From Octopus vulgaris (taxonomy: Eukaryota): 64,000 nt of DNA. Every line of letters starts with the position of its first letter. The first letter of the stretch is position 1. The stretch covers positions 13,020,001-13,084,000 of the forward strand of contig OX597831.1 in the NCBI GenBank assembly GCA_951406725.2, in the 5' to 3' direction. The notes below the pieces were generated by a model that saw only the letters and a program-made list of their open reading frames with translations, had not been told where the DNA came from and did not search any database. Below, piece after piece: positions 9,761-22,259 of this stretch. A program made the translations under genes and the position numbers.

Positions 9761-9885
9761 AAAACATGATAGCGGAGACATACAAGGAACCCGAACGAAA
9801 ATAAATATGGGGGGGGGTCGTTAGACCAGAACGACAGGAAAATAGTGAACGCTGTGACAAACATCTTTTCGGAAAGGGAAAATAT

Positions 9886-9938
<53 letters not shown>

Positions 9939-10684
9939 GTCCGCTCTTTTGAATGTCCGTGCAGGAAAAAAAGATGGTCACGTAAGGAAAAGAAAGATGG
10001 ACGATGGTCACATGTGAGCAACGAGAGAGAGAGAGAGAGACAGATAGAAAGCGATGGAGTGAGAGAAGGACGTAGGAAGAAAACAGAATAAAGTATAGAG
10101 TAGGAAAATGGAGATATAACATTTAATAAAAATTAATGAAAATTTAATAAAAATCCATTTTCTTACCTTCTTTTGAATGATTATAAACCATGATTTATAT
10201 ATGAACCTATTGTTTAAAATCTTATGCTCGTATATATTTTATCTTATTTAACGTCATTAACTTTACAAGAAGGGTTTGTTATAAACAGGTAAATGCTAAA
10301 TGCACTTACAAAGACGAAAAGTTGAACGACTCCAGTCGATAATAAACCATAATGTAAACGGTCGATGAAAAAAAAACAATAGCATTCGTGTTACACCCAG
10401 AGTGGCTGATCGCGGCAACACGAAACATCAAAACAAAAGATATGTTTCACATCCTGTTGTTTGTTCTGTTGACTAATACTACAAACAAACCAGATACCTG
10501 CAGAAATGCCCCGATCAGAGGTAGAATCCGGTTACACTTTCCCCCCTAATGTTTATGAGTTTTGTCAGTGGTGCTTAAACGGAGAAATACCAGGCCTCCT
10601 ACCAAAAGTATTCACGAAAGTTTCGGACCTTCTTCTCTTTATTAATGAAGCGGCAAAATAGAATTTCTATTCATATTTGTTTCA

Positions 10685-10905
10685 GATTTTGGTACAATGC
10701 CAGCAATTTCGGGGTGGTGGTGGCGGTTTAAGTCGATTGCATTTACCCCCCCCCCCCAGGGTTAAACTTGTCCTTATTTTATTGACTCCTGAAAAGATAG
10801 AATCAAAGTCGACTATGGCAGAATTTGAATTTAGAGAATAAAAACAGATGAGATGCGGCTAATTATTTTCTTCAGCGTGCTACCGATTCTGCTCGCTCGC
10901 TCGCC
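10685..10905 (-). mobile_element. SINE family A, diverged
   Basis: AAAGTCGAC..GGCAGAATTTGAATTTAGA..GTGCTACCGATTCTGC matches the reverse complement of family A. Confidence 0.75.
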
Positions 10906-11144
10906 ATCGTATTTCTATTTATAATATTATTTCTTCGACATGTTAAAATTCCTTCGAGGTCAATTTTACCTTTCATCCTTTCAGGATCGATAAAATAATT
11001 ACCAACTAAGTATTGGAGTAAATCTAATCGACACTTACCACCACCTCGAATTTGCTGCCATCTGGTCCAAATTTGAAACAAATATTATTTCCTCGGCACA
11101 AGAGTAAAATGTTTAAAACCTATAAAGTTTACAAATAAAACTGA

Positions 11145-11520
11145 ATAAGGGTGCTCAGAGAGCGCAAACCTCCGCCAAGACAACACCAATTTCCTCTCAG
11201 CGATTAACCCGAGATGAGATTTAATACCTGAAATAAACTCGACAGCTCTTACAAATGAGAATACTAAAAATGAACCCGACCGCTCTCAAAAATTAAGCAA
11301 AAAAAAAAAGATAATACATAAACAAGAAAAACAATCCATAATCCTTGTCCAGTATCGGATCGATCTCCAAATCTAATCAGTTCGTGCCAGTCACGAGGCC
11401 ACACATTCCTGAAAGTTTCATCCGAATCCATCCAGCGGTTCTTGAGATATCTTGTCCACAGACAAACAAGCAAACCAGCACGACTGAAAATACCTCCGCT
11501 TTAACGAAGTCGGAGGTAAT
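11145..11520 (-). mobile_element. Non-autonomous Helentron-type (HINE/DINE-1-like) element
   Basis: Minus strand begins ATTACCTCCGAC..GCGGAGGTA (subterminal IR), then TTTGTCTGT..GGATGGATTCGGATGAAACTT, and ends GGCGGAGGTTTGCGCTCTCTGAGCACCC (second IR plus hairpin). Confidence 0.75.
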
Positions 11521-11649
11521 GAAGAGGAGTAACACGTAATGGCTAATAATAGGTATTTGGACAACAACATAGACGAATAGAGATATATCAAATACTATAC
11601 AACAGAAGGTCTTAATTTTTTTTAAACTAATAACTGTGGTTTCTCGATT

Positions 11650-11932
11650 CCAAGAAAGACACTTCTTGCAATTTCTTGCCGAACAACCAACGCAATTGAT
11701 TTGTCTTCAGAGACCAAATGTTTGTGCCGCACACAAGCTCGCTCCCTCCGCCAAATCCTTTGCCTTTATATAGGTGTTACGATGTGCCATAGGTCAAATG
11801 TCGAAAGGATCGTAGAACAACGTGGCATGAAGTTTTGTACTCAAGAACGCGACGCACCGCCCGTTCCAGGAATCGAACTCATGACCAGGTCATCCTGAAA
11901 GTAACACCCTAACCACTAGGCTGTGCGCGCTC
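11650..11932 (-). mobile_element. SINE family C variant, diverged
   Basis: CCAGGAATCGAACTCATGACC..CACCCTAACCACTAGGCTGTGCGC is the reverse complement of the tRNA-like head. Confidence 0.7.
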
Positions 11933-12030
11933 ACTGATTTATTAAATAGTAGACCGTAAATGTGTTGTAGTCCTTTTCAATGAGTCTAAGTCCCTTGGCA
12001 TCGTTCCCGGAAATAATGTTCGACAATTGT

Positions 12031-12070
12031 TCTGCTAATGACGCCTATTGCGTCAGAAACATGTTTACTA
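12031..12070 (+). ncRNA. Degenerate hammerhead motif, paralogue of 37436-37476
   Basis: TG-CTAATGA-CGCCTATTGCGTC-A-GAAAC-AT-GTT; G5->A would inactivate it. Confidence 0.55.
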
Positions 12071-12512
12071 CGTCGCCTTACCTACCTCCCTTCTTGAGAT
12101 TATCTCCCTTCCTCGAATGAAGCTGGTCTCAGTTGCCTTTGGGTAATTAAGACTCATCTTCTAGACACGGATATGGATTTAATAAATCAAGAATTTATAT
12201 TGTACTGTGTTTGATATATCTGCATTGCTCGTAAGTTTGGAAACGTGGAAAATTTTCCGTTCTCCATATTGTGTACAATATTTAAAAAATGTGGCTTTGG
12301 TAATGTCCTTGATAGCCTTGAAGATGTTTTATTTCTTGAAGAATATATTCATGATCAAATCTTTTGGCGGATAATTCTTGTAATGAAGATGACAATAATA
12401 TGGATGTCTTCAAAATGAATTGCTTGCTTATGGAGTTCTCAAGATGATTCGCGTTTTGAATGCATGTATACACATATAAGTAAATATACACAAACACGAA
12501 TATATATATATA

Positions 12513-12542
<30 letters not shown>

Positions 12543-12544
<2 letters not shown>

Positions 12545-12617
12545 CGAAAGAAGGTTTGAAAATGCAATTTTAAAAGATGTTTATTTAAAATTACATTTTC
12601 AAACCTTCTTTCGTATA
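12543..12617. repeat. Short fold-back between (TA)n runs
   Basis: TACGAAAGAAGGTTTGAAAATGCAATTTTAAA / TTTAAAATTACATTTTCAAACCTTCTTTCGTA. One arm recurs at ~46128-46160. Confidence 0.9.
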
Positions 12618-12654
12618 TAATTCCACTCGTGCGGTACCCTATAACTCCAATTTG

Positions 12655-12714
<60 letters not shown>

Positions 12715-12981
12715 GCATGTTTGTATGTGTGTATGTATATATATATACGTATGTATGTGTATATATGTATATATAAATATATACGCACTCACAAAGAAAG
12801 AGAAAGATAGGACACACACACATATATGCAGATATAAATCTATGTATGTATGCACATAGCTACCTATTCAGTTATATATTCATGTGTGTATGAGTGTTTG
12901 TATGTCTGTCTGCACGTCTCTCTATATATATACGTATGCACATACATATAAACATACATGTATAAATATGTGTGTGTATAT

Positions 12982-13127
<146 letters not shown>

Positions 13128-14018
13128 GTTCCCGTTTCCAATGCGGTCTGTTCTGTTTACTGACATAACCAGTTACTATATTAGATTACATTCAATTTTC
13201 TCCTGTTGCTTTTTTCGTGCATTGATATTAACGAAATGGTTACTTTATCTGTTATGTTCTCTATCTATAGAAGTTCGTTCACATTCCGTCTACATTCTTT
13301 CTTTCTCGCAGGTTTTATCAATATCTTTGCTTTGTCTGCGCAGACCAATATCCAATGATACCAATATGCGGTATTTCTTTTCATCTGAAGCACATTCAAT
13401 TTATTTTCCTTTCAAGATTAGTATAATATTACTAAATATGATTTCGTACTTGATTCCACTTAATGCATAAAACCATATTTCTTTCCCTGAAGAAAAAACC
13501 CACTTTAATTAAATGTAAGACAACATTAATATTAACATTTACTTACGAACTATCCACGTAAAACAGTGATGTACCTTATACGGAATCACGTGTTATACAC
13601 CAGCAAGTACAATCTTTATCCTCGAAAAGATTCTTACAATCTTTATCCTAGAAATACTTCTAAAATTTACATAAACCGTAATATTCTTTCAAATGTTTGC
13701 ATAGGACCAGCAATTAGAGTAGGAAGGCCTAGTAGATTGCATTGACCCAAATATTTGACTGGTACTTTGTTTAATCAAACCCAAAAAGATGAAAGACTAA
13801 GTTGATCTCAACGAGAGTAAAGACCAACGCATAAAAAGCCAGAAAATTGCCGCTAATAATTTTGTTCGACGCACTAATGTTTCTCTCGTTTCACAGCCTT
13901 TCAATAGCTTCAAATTTCTTGCACAAGGAGAGTATTTTTGAAGAAGAAGGGACAAGGCAATTACATTGATTTTCGTGCTCAACTGGTATTCATTTTTCCG
14001 ACCCCCAAAAGATTAAAA

Positions 14019-14331
14019 GCCCGCTCGTGAAGTTAACGTGCGATTGACTGGGTACTCCACAGACACGTGACCCTTGACGTAGTTCTCGGGGAGATTCAGC
14101 GTGACACAGAATGTGACAAGGTTAGCCCTTTGAAATACAGGTACAACAGAAACAGGAAGAAATAGTGAGAAAAAAGTTGTAGTGAAAAAGTACAGCAGGA
14201 TTCGCCACCACCCCCTCGTAGAAATTTAGGTGTTTTCGCTCAATAAACACTCACAATGCCCTGTCTGGAAATCGAAACTGCAATCCTATGTCTGCGAGTC
14301 CGCTGCCCTAACCACTGGACCATTGCGCCTC
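14019..14331 (-). mobile_element. SINE family C, near full length
   Basis: Head as in 2588-2777; tail GTTCTCGGGGAGATTCAGCGTGACACAGAATGTGACAAGG shared with 54870-55145. Confidence 0.85.
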
Positions 14332-14920
14332 GGTAGACGTTAATATATCCAGATACACTCTCTGCTTAAAAAAGCGAAAAAAAATTTAAGAAAAACACAG
14401 CCTCCACCAACCACAGCAATAGTTCAGCTGGCGTTCACATACTTTTCAATCAACTCTTACACTTGCTATTTCTACAAATATTTCTGTAATAAAATACAAT
14501 AAAATAAAATAAGCTTAAAACAAGTAAACAAAACTATTCACTCTCTGACAGCGAAATGAATTTAAACTCTCCTATGGGATGATGGGTTGACGTAATGCTT
14601 TGCATAAATCCTTCTGAAGTTTCGTCAGGTAATACGAGACTGGTCGAGTACTTGACCGACTTAGATCTATTAAAAATACCCAAACAAACAAAAGACAAAT
14701 CTTAACCCAGACTTCAGGACGCGGGAACGAAAGCTCTCCGTTAACAAGACGTCATCCTGTTCAGATACCGAAGCGAACGGTCGTAATATAAGTGTAATAC
14801 TTAAGATCAATTGTTTCTGAGCTACAAGGCCAGTCATTTTGAGCGGATGGTGGTGGGTGGTGGTGGTGGTGGTCAATAACATCGAGCCCAGTATGCGTCC
14901 GGTGCTTTATTTAGTCGATC

Positions 14921-15430
14921 CACCACGGGAGTCAGTCCTTGTTGCAGTGTTGTAGCTTCTGTGCCTCAATGATGGCTTAGAGGGATCCCAGAAAAGTACA
15001 AGTTCCTAGTAGGGTCTCCCATGTTGGCCAAGTCGAAAGATAGGGACCAGGGTAATCAGAATCACCTCTTCCTAAATGTAAAAATAGGTCCGTGTAAGGT
15101 CAACACTTCTACCCAGGAAAATAAAAGCTAAGTTACAGGAACGTTGATGACAACTTAAAAGCCAAAACGACTTTGGAGAGAAGAAGAGCTTTCCTCAAGA
15201 AAACATGAAAGGGAAACCAGCGTTCTGCATACCACGTTATGCTCTGACCTGGAATCCACAAAGGAGGCGGGAGAGAGGATACCCTAAAAATAACTGGAGG
15301 CAGGATACTGAGGCAGAGAAGAAAATAACAGAAAGTGAAGCGGGAAAGATATCCCAGAGTCGAAAACCGTGGAGAAAACTCGTCGATGGCTTCTGCTCCA
15401 TAGGGAGCGAACGCTTAAGTAAGATAAGCA
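14921..15430 (+). mobile_element. Internally deleted RTE-clade LINE (5'UTR joined to the ORF C-terminus), inserted in a minus-strand SINE A
   Basis: C-terminal peptide IPRYALTWNPQRRRERGYPKNNWRQD..SRKPWRKLVDGFCS is typical of RTE ORF ends; TAAG-like tail; the upstream part resembles an RTE 5'UTR (GTAGGGTCTCCCATG..). SINE A halves flank it. Confidence 0.7.
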
Positions 15431-15577
15431 AAATTATTGACCCCGGAAAGATGAAAGGCAAAGTTCTCCTCGGCTCAGTTAGATTTGAGCTCAAAAAATA
15501 AACAAGCACTTGACAGATTTATAGATATTTCAAAATTATGATGCTATGATGCTAGGTGTTTCCATTATTTTGTCCAG

Positions 15578-15665
<88 letters not shown>

Positions 15666-15668
<3 letters not shown>

Positions 15669-15803
15669 TAGCTTGCTTCCCAACCACATGATTCCGGGTA
15701 CAGTCCCACTGCATGGCACCTTCGGGAAGTGACTTCTACTATAGCCTCGGGCTGACCAAAGATTTGTGAGAGGATTTGGTAGACGGAAACTGAAAGAAGC
15801 CCG

Positions 15804-15860
<57 letters not shown>

Positions 15861-16062
15861 TGTGTGTTTGTCCCCACCCCACCCCCACATCGCTTGACAA
15901 CCGATGCTGGTGTGTTTATGTCTCCGTAATTTAGCGGTTCGGCAAAACAGACCGATAGAATAAGTACCAGGCTTACAAAGACTAAGTCCTGGGGTCGATT
16001 TCTTCGACTAGAGGCGGTGCTCCAGTATGGCCGCAATCAAATGACGGGAACAAATAAAAGAA
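15666..16062 (+). mobile_element. SINE family B
   Basis: ..CCAACCACATGATTCCGGG..GGATTTGGTAGACGGAAACTGAAAGAAGCCCGTC-(TA)n-..GGCGGTGCTCCAGTATGGCCGCA. Confidence 0.9.
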
Positions 16063-16161
16063 TTGATAGATAGATAGATAGATAGAGAGATAGATAGATA
16101 GATATATGCAGCTACGCAAGAGTGAGACAAGTGTGAGTGTATACATGTAAATACATGCGTA

Positions 16162-17651
16162 CAGTAAGTCGGCAAATTCTCGCAGACAACTGAAAAACTG
16201 CATTGCTAGAGAGTTTATTTTGTGGAGCTACTTGGAATTGGTAAGCTCGTTCTTTTGAACTTTAAATTGACGGAAAGTATGATGCGTGTTCCATTTCTTG
16301 TTTTGTTTTTGTATTGCAAACTTATTTTGCATATCTTGATATTAATTACGCGACAACCATTTCTCGGACATAACACAATGTTTACTTCAGCATCACCTTG
16401 GATAATCCTTTCAAAAAATTTTAATGCAGATTTTCTACTGCAAAAGCAGCGTGCGATAGTGTGATAGGTATTATCCTTTAAGGCATTTTTCTTTGCATTC
16501 AAAGGGAATACAAAGGGAATACACTACGAAGGAAGAAAAAAGATGGTCTTCGCCCGGGAAAATAGCTGTTGATTTGAAAATTTCTAAGTCTAGAGTGGTA
16601 TATATTGTTAAGAATGACTGTAGCCGAAAGAAGAATATATAAGGAGGGAAAAAGTCGCTTGGGAAGAGAATTGAAAGGCGGATGAAGATGACAGTGTCTT
16701 GTGATGTGGCAGTTGGAGAAAATGTAACGGTACAGAGGTGAAGGAGAAATATGAAATAGATTTAAGTATTCGAATAGTTCAAGGAATGCCGAAAGCATGG
16801 GAGGGCCAAGAAGTAGATCCATTCAAGCAAAAAAAAAACGTAAGAAAGCAGGGTTGGACTGCACAAAATTATTGTTAACTACCTCTGTTGATTTTACCAA
16901 AGTAAATTTTAATAAGAAGCGATTTAAGGCCGATGGACCTAACAACTGGTGTTCTTGGTCCAAAGAAAGATGAACCAGTGATGCTAAACAAAAGGTAGAT
17001 GGGCGGAGGAGGAGTTATGGTATAGGGAATAGTCTTTCCAAGGGAATATTTTTGGTTAGAGTGGTCGAAAACAAAGGCAGAACAGCACGAGTTACATTCG
17101 GTTACATTCAAGCGAAAGTCTTAGAAAAGAAATGAGAGAGAATTTTATCCTCCAACAGGATAACTGCAGCATTGAAGTGTCAAAAACATTCAAGAAATGG
17201 AAGAGAGATATGGAAATAAGTCCACTGGAATGACCGGCGAGCTATCCAGACTTAAATTTAATTGAATATATATGGACAGTGTCGGCTCAGCTTATGTGTG
17301 AAGGGCCAGAAGTGACAAATGAGGCAGAATTATGGAAACGGATTTTAGGAACCAAAAGAAGACAGAAACAATAACGAACATTTCTGTTCTCCGGTACAAC
17401 GAACAAATAACGGACATAATCGGAAAGAAAAGGCGACTGTGTGGACGACTAAAGCTGAATGGTGTTGTCGGCAACATATGGCATTTTCATGCAATTTTCG
17501 TAAATTTTTGTTACATACGTGCTCAGGGCGTGCAATCAGAAGCGGAAATATTACGCACAGTCGACATTGTTTTACTTTAGAAGTGCGTTTATCACTAAGT
17601 GTCTATAAGCGCTGCTTCTCAGTTGTCCCCCAGAAATGTGTCGATCCCCTG
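16162..17651 (+). mobile_element. Full-length decayed Tc1-like DD34E transposon
   Basis: Diverged TIRs TA|CAG..GACAACTGAAAAACTGC / GCTGCTTCTCAGTTGTC..CTG|TA. Broken transposase motifs KKRFKADGP, GGGGVMV*G, FILQQDNCSI, LE*PASYPDLNLIEYIW. Confidence 0.85.
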
Positions 17652-17665
17652 TATGTACGTACATG

Positions 17666-17708
<43 letters not shown>

Positions 17709-17817
17709 GTATGTATATATACATATATACACACATATATATGTTTCTATATGTATATGTATGTATATATATAATGTATATACACACACACATATATATA
17801 CATGTATATATACACAC

Positions 17818-17891
<74 letters not shown>

Positions 17892-17994
17892 ATGTGTGTG
17901 TATATCTATCTAATCTATCTATCTATCTATCTATCTATCTATATATCTATATATATGCATCAAATGAAATAAAAAACAGAACACAAAGGATGTC

Positions 17995-18076
17995 GCGGTA
18001 CACGTGTTTCAAGCTTTATGCAACCACCTATTCTTACATCAATGTATAATCGACAATGTATAATCCCTTCAGCCGC
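17995..18076 (-). ncRNA. Type I hammerhead-like motif with A9->G core and long stem II region
   Basis: GCGG-CTGAAGG-(~50 nt)-GAAAC-ACGT-GTA-CCGC; perfect 4-bp stem I and palindromic stem III. Confidence 0.7.
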
Positions 18077-18591
18077 ATGCAATTGCTATATCAAAGACTT
18101 CCATCACATTATGAAAAATCCGAAATTGTACATTTGGTATTATCTATAATGGCGGGTATATTGAGTTTCACTGAGAAAGTAAGTTTGTAAATCTTCATAA
18201 TCAAATAGGTATGTAGGGTATGATTGGACTTCAAAAATCCGTCCATACTTTATCATCAGTCAACATCAGTCATACATATATATATTTGTGTATCTGTATG
18301 TATAGGCGTAAGTACTGTTTGTGTGTGGATGTATTTGCTTGTCTGAAGTTATGAGGATGGATCCGTTTTTTTATTTATGTCTGGGTGTGTCCGTCATATT
18401 TATTTACGGAGAAAGTTGTACCCGTGTTCGAGCTTGCGCGCGTGCGCCTGAATGCATGCGTTTGTACGTGTGTGTGTGTGTATGTGAGTGTTTGTGTGTA
18501 TGTGTATGTGTGTGTATAGAACTATATCAATGAATGCATGCATCCATCCATGCATATATATATAAATATATAAATATGTATAAATACATAA

Positions 18592-18622
<31 letters not shown>

Positions 18623-18706
18623 CAAGTTTTTAGTGAAAAATGAACGCTTATTTATAACTTTAGTGGGAAGATAACGTTCCACAAATTCCAGTGCCAAGAC
18701 AACAAG

Positions 18707-18744
18707 ATCACATGTTTTCGACCTTCCTTGGTCTCATCCGTGAT
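18707..18744 (-). ncRNA. Degenerate minimal hammerhead
   Basis: ATCA-CGGATGA-GACC-AAGGAA-GGTC-GAAA-ACATG-TGAT; stems I and II intact, core U4->G, cleavage site altered. Confidence 0.55.
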
Positions 18745-19344
18745 AGACCCTCGGCCGCTGCTTTAACACATCTTTAATAATCAGTTGCAATTCTTCCTGT
18801 ACCAATTCCGCTTTCAACGTCTGTTCACGCAAAATTTCCAAGAGAAAAAATTATGTAATATTTGTAGTTATAAGCATTAGAGTGGCATTGTCTGAGAGAT
18901 GCGCTCTTAAATTGTACATCTGCTTCACTTTGTGTTTTGCCTGAAGCCAGGCAAAGGTAGCAAGGTAAGTCTGAATCGATTTTCGAAACTTATTGATTGG
19001 TCATCAGAGATGTCTATATGACTTGACCACTTCCAGAGAAATAAGTAACCAGTCGGTTCATAAAATCACGAACACACACACACACAGTCACACACTTACA
19101 CACACATATGTGCACGCACACACTTACACACACATATGTGCACGCACATACGCACACACACATACACACAAACACACTTCACTTACACACACACAAGCAA
19201 ATACATACACATACATACACGTACACACACATACAGACATGCACATACGTGCACACACGTACGCACACACACACACACACACACACGCGCATACACAGAC
19301 ACTCAGGCAAACACACAAATATACACAAACGCACACTTACATAC

Positions 19345-19968
19345 ACACACCTTTTATTTTTGATCTTGGACGGCTGCAACGGACACAACGAAGCTGTGGT
19401 CAGCAGGAAGGGCTACAGCAAGCGTCCTGCGTGTTGGCCGGAATTCAGACAACACCTGACGATCAGAGCCTTAAGCTCAATTCAGATGGCTATGTGAAGC
19501 TGCTGGAGACTCTAGTGAATCCCTGACAAAGGAGGATCGCTGTTGGAATTTTATATGTGTGGCAACAGAGTTTGTCTCCTTGCCATAACTCCGGAAAGCG
19601 TCACAAGTGGTTGCTGGAGAATTCCTACGATTCCACCAGATCCAATTTCTGGCCTCCTAATTCCCGTGATTATAATCCCATGAATTACAATGTATTGGTG
19701 CGGTTCAGAAAGACACCAATCGCTCTGCATACAAAACCAAGGCCGAGCTGTTCGCCAAGATCAAGGTGGGTGTTCACCATGATCTTCCCGGGGTCACCTT
19801 GAGGGCATGGTAAAAGCTGAGAGCGGCTATTTCGAGCAAATTGTTACCACCCTTCCATTATCTGCTTGGTATGTCTTGAATTCTTAAAAATACTTTTATT
19901 TCTGGATGGAGTACTGTGTTTTCTTTCCTTTTTATACAAACTGTCAAATTTAGTTCGAACGCCCCGTA
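19345..19968 (+). mobile_element. maT/DD37D-type Tc1-mariner remnant (catalytic C-terminal part and right end)
   Basis: LKLNSDGYVKLLETLVNP*..YVWQQSLSPCH..KWLLENSYD..NFWPPNSRDYNPMNY matches WQQDSAPCH..WPPNSPD.NP.DY. End reads ..CGAACGCCCCG|TA. Confidence 0.8.
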
Positions 19969-20186
19969 TGCATTTCAATAATTTGCTTACGCATAACGAT
20001 ACTAATAACCTGCTATTAGAACTCAAAATACGGATGCCTCAGAGGAAAACATTAATCGAGTTCACAGCGTAATAAGAGATTATATAAATGACAAGGGAAC
20101 CAGGAATAATAAACATTCGTTACGCTAATGAAGCTCATTACATAATTACTTGTTCCCTTGCCAGTTATATAATCTCTTATATATTC

Positions 20187-20390
20187 TTTTATTCTGTTGC
20201 TTGTTTTAGTCGTTTGACTGCGGCCATGCTAGAGCACCGCCTTAAAAGGGTTTTTCAGTCGAAGAAATCGACCCCAGGACTTTATTATTTGTTAGTCTAG
20301 TATTTATTCTATCGGTCTCTTTTACTGAACCGCTGGATTGTGGGAACATAAACAACCGATGGCAGAGGGACAAGCACTGACACGCATATG

Positions 20391-20421
<31 letters not shown>

Positions 20422-20515
20422 TATTAATTAGAGACAAAACCACTATTATGCAAATCAAACAAAGAAAGACTTAAGCCAATACATAAAAAAAATTATATAA
20501 TATGTATGTATACAT

Positions 20516-20554
<39 letters not shown>

Positions 20555-20762
20555 TATATGTATGTGTGTGTGTATGTGTGTGTGTGTGTGTGTGTGTGTT
20601 TTCTTTCAGTTTCTGTTAACCAAATCCACTCACAAAGATTTGGTCGGCCCGAGGCTATAGTAGTAGAAGACACTTGCCAAAGGTTCCACGCAGTGGGATG
20701 GAACCCGGAACCATGTGGTTGGGGAGCAAGCTTCTTAAAACACAGCCACACTCACGCCTACG
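20187..20762 (-). mobile_element. SINE family B with expanded internal microsatellite and a small insert
   Basis: Tail at 20187-20380, head at 20600-20762; a ~110-bp non-repeat insert within the TA run. Confidence 0.85.
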
Positions 20763-20806
20763 CTTGTGTGTGTGTGTGTGTGTATGTGTGTGTGTGTGTG
20801 TATGTA

Positions 20807-20837
<31 letters not shown>

Positions 20838-20841
20838 GTAT

Positions 20842-21056
20842 AAATTACTATAAAGAGCTAAGCCCAATATAATACCGCAAAGAAAAACATTTTATCGTCC
20901 CTAATTATGACTAGGGGTGGGTGCCGAAGCACCTATATTGCAAAAAATAAGTATTTAACTCTTATTACTTGCAATATAGGTGCCTCAGTCACAGTTAGTG
21001 ATGATAAAAAATTTCCTTTATGGTATTATATTGCGCTTAGTTATTTATAGCAAATT
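20842..21056. repeat. Diverged fold-back (~100-bp arms)
   Basis: CTATAAA..CTAAGCCCAATATAATACC..GCACCTATATTGCAA / TTGCAATATAGGTGC..GGTATTATATTGCGCTTAG..TTTATAG. Confidence 0.85.
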
Positions 21057-21102
21057 TTGATATACGCCACAATCAGCCACAAATGTTTATGGTAAAAATA
21101 TA

Positions 21103-21999
21103 CGAGGGAGTGACACAAAGAAACCGGAATTTTGCAATATTATTTTATTCACTTAGTTTTACATGTTTACACTTTTATCGCCTTCAAAATATTTTCCATT
21201 CGAAGCAATGTATCGGTCCAGGCGCGTTTTCCATTGTTCGAAGCAATGCTGGAACTTTTGCGAAGTGATGCCTTTTAACGCATCCATCATTTTATTCTTC
21301 ACCTTTTCCACGTCTGCAAATTTCGTAGCACCAGCTTTCGGAACCAGTAATGACATTCAAGTAAAGATCCGGATCAATTTCCACCTTTTCTTTCAGTTCA
21401 CGACACGCATTCAGCCGTGACTGTTTCTGATCTTCCGTGACCAAGTGAGGTACAAATTTTGTTGCAACTCTTTTCAGTCGCAATTCTTCGCTCAAAATTC
21501 GTTGGCAGGAGCTCCAGGACACACCAATCATATCAACAAGTTCGTCAGTTGTTTGGTGATGGTTCTCCAAGATCAGTTCATGAATTTTCGTGATGCTTTC
21601 ATTCGTTTGGGAGATCGACGGTCGTCCTGCACGAAGTTGGTCTCCAAGCCACAAGTGACCATTCCTAAAGCTTGAAAACCACTCATAAACTTGTGTTTTG
21701 CTCATGGCATCGTCCTTGTAAGCTGTTTGAAACACGACAACTATTTTGGCTGCCGTTTTCCCCGGCAGAAAACAATTTCACGAAAGCAAGCTGTTCCTTC
21801 GTTTTACATCGCAAAAATCGAAGAGGAACGGAGCTCTGCAGAACAAAGACGCACGACGTGGCAGTAGGACGCCAGAGGACGACACCGGTCGGCAGACTGA
21901 TCCGTGAGAGTCACATCAAGTGGACTCTAGCGGCAGAAGCCTGAACAACTTCGGTTTTATCCTACTGAGAACGTTTCCGGTTAGTTTTGGGTACCCTCG
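21103..21999 (-). mobile_element. Mariner transposon, internally deleted transposase pseudogene
   Basis: ORF 21292-21735 MSKTQVYEWF..GRP..KFVPHL..VITGSESWCY (HTH, WVPHxL-like, first D motif) and C-terminus ..CFEQWKTRLDRYIASNGKYFEGD. TIRs TA|CGAGGG.. / ..ACCCTCG. Confidence 0.9.
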
Positions 22000-22048
22000 C
22001 GTGTATACTGATAACCGTATTTAGCCAAACCTTCGAAAATTTGAGTAG

Positions 22049-22099
22049 TCACTACTGACGAACCTGCGACTGATAGGCGAAACTACTCTACTCTAGTGA
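22049..22099 (+). ncRNA. Type I hammerhead ribozyme, near-intact
   Basis: TCACTA-CTGACGA-ACCT-GCGACTGAT-AGGC-GAAAC-TACTCTA-CTC-TAGTGA; 6-bp stem I, single mismatches at the bases of stems II and III. Confidence 0.75.
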
Positions 22100-22144
22100 T
22101 CCTAGAGACGCTCATGGCGCGGTTATGTCCCCTGTCAGTGTATA

Positions 22145-22259
22145 CGAGGGGTGTAAGAAAAGCTCTGAGCCTTCAAGGCCTTTGTGCTTTGAAGTCTTGT
22201 ACCTTGTTTGTGTTTTGTTTTGTTTTTTTTGAGGTTCAAGACTTTTCATACACCCCTCG
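22145..22259. mobile_element. ~115-bp mariner MITE
   Basis: TIRs TA|CGAGGGGTGTAAGAAAAG / CTTTTCATACACCCCTCG|TA. Confidence 0.85.

Noticed and set aside
14605-14645. CTGACGA on the minus strand near CTGAAG-TTTCG-TCAG
   Set aside because: No stem II/GAAA/NUH arrangement in either orientation.
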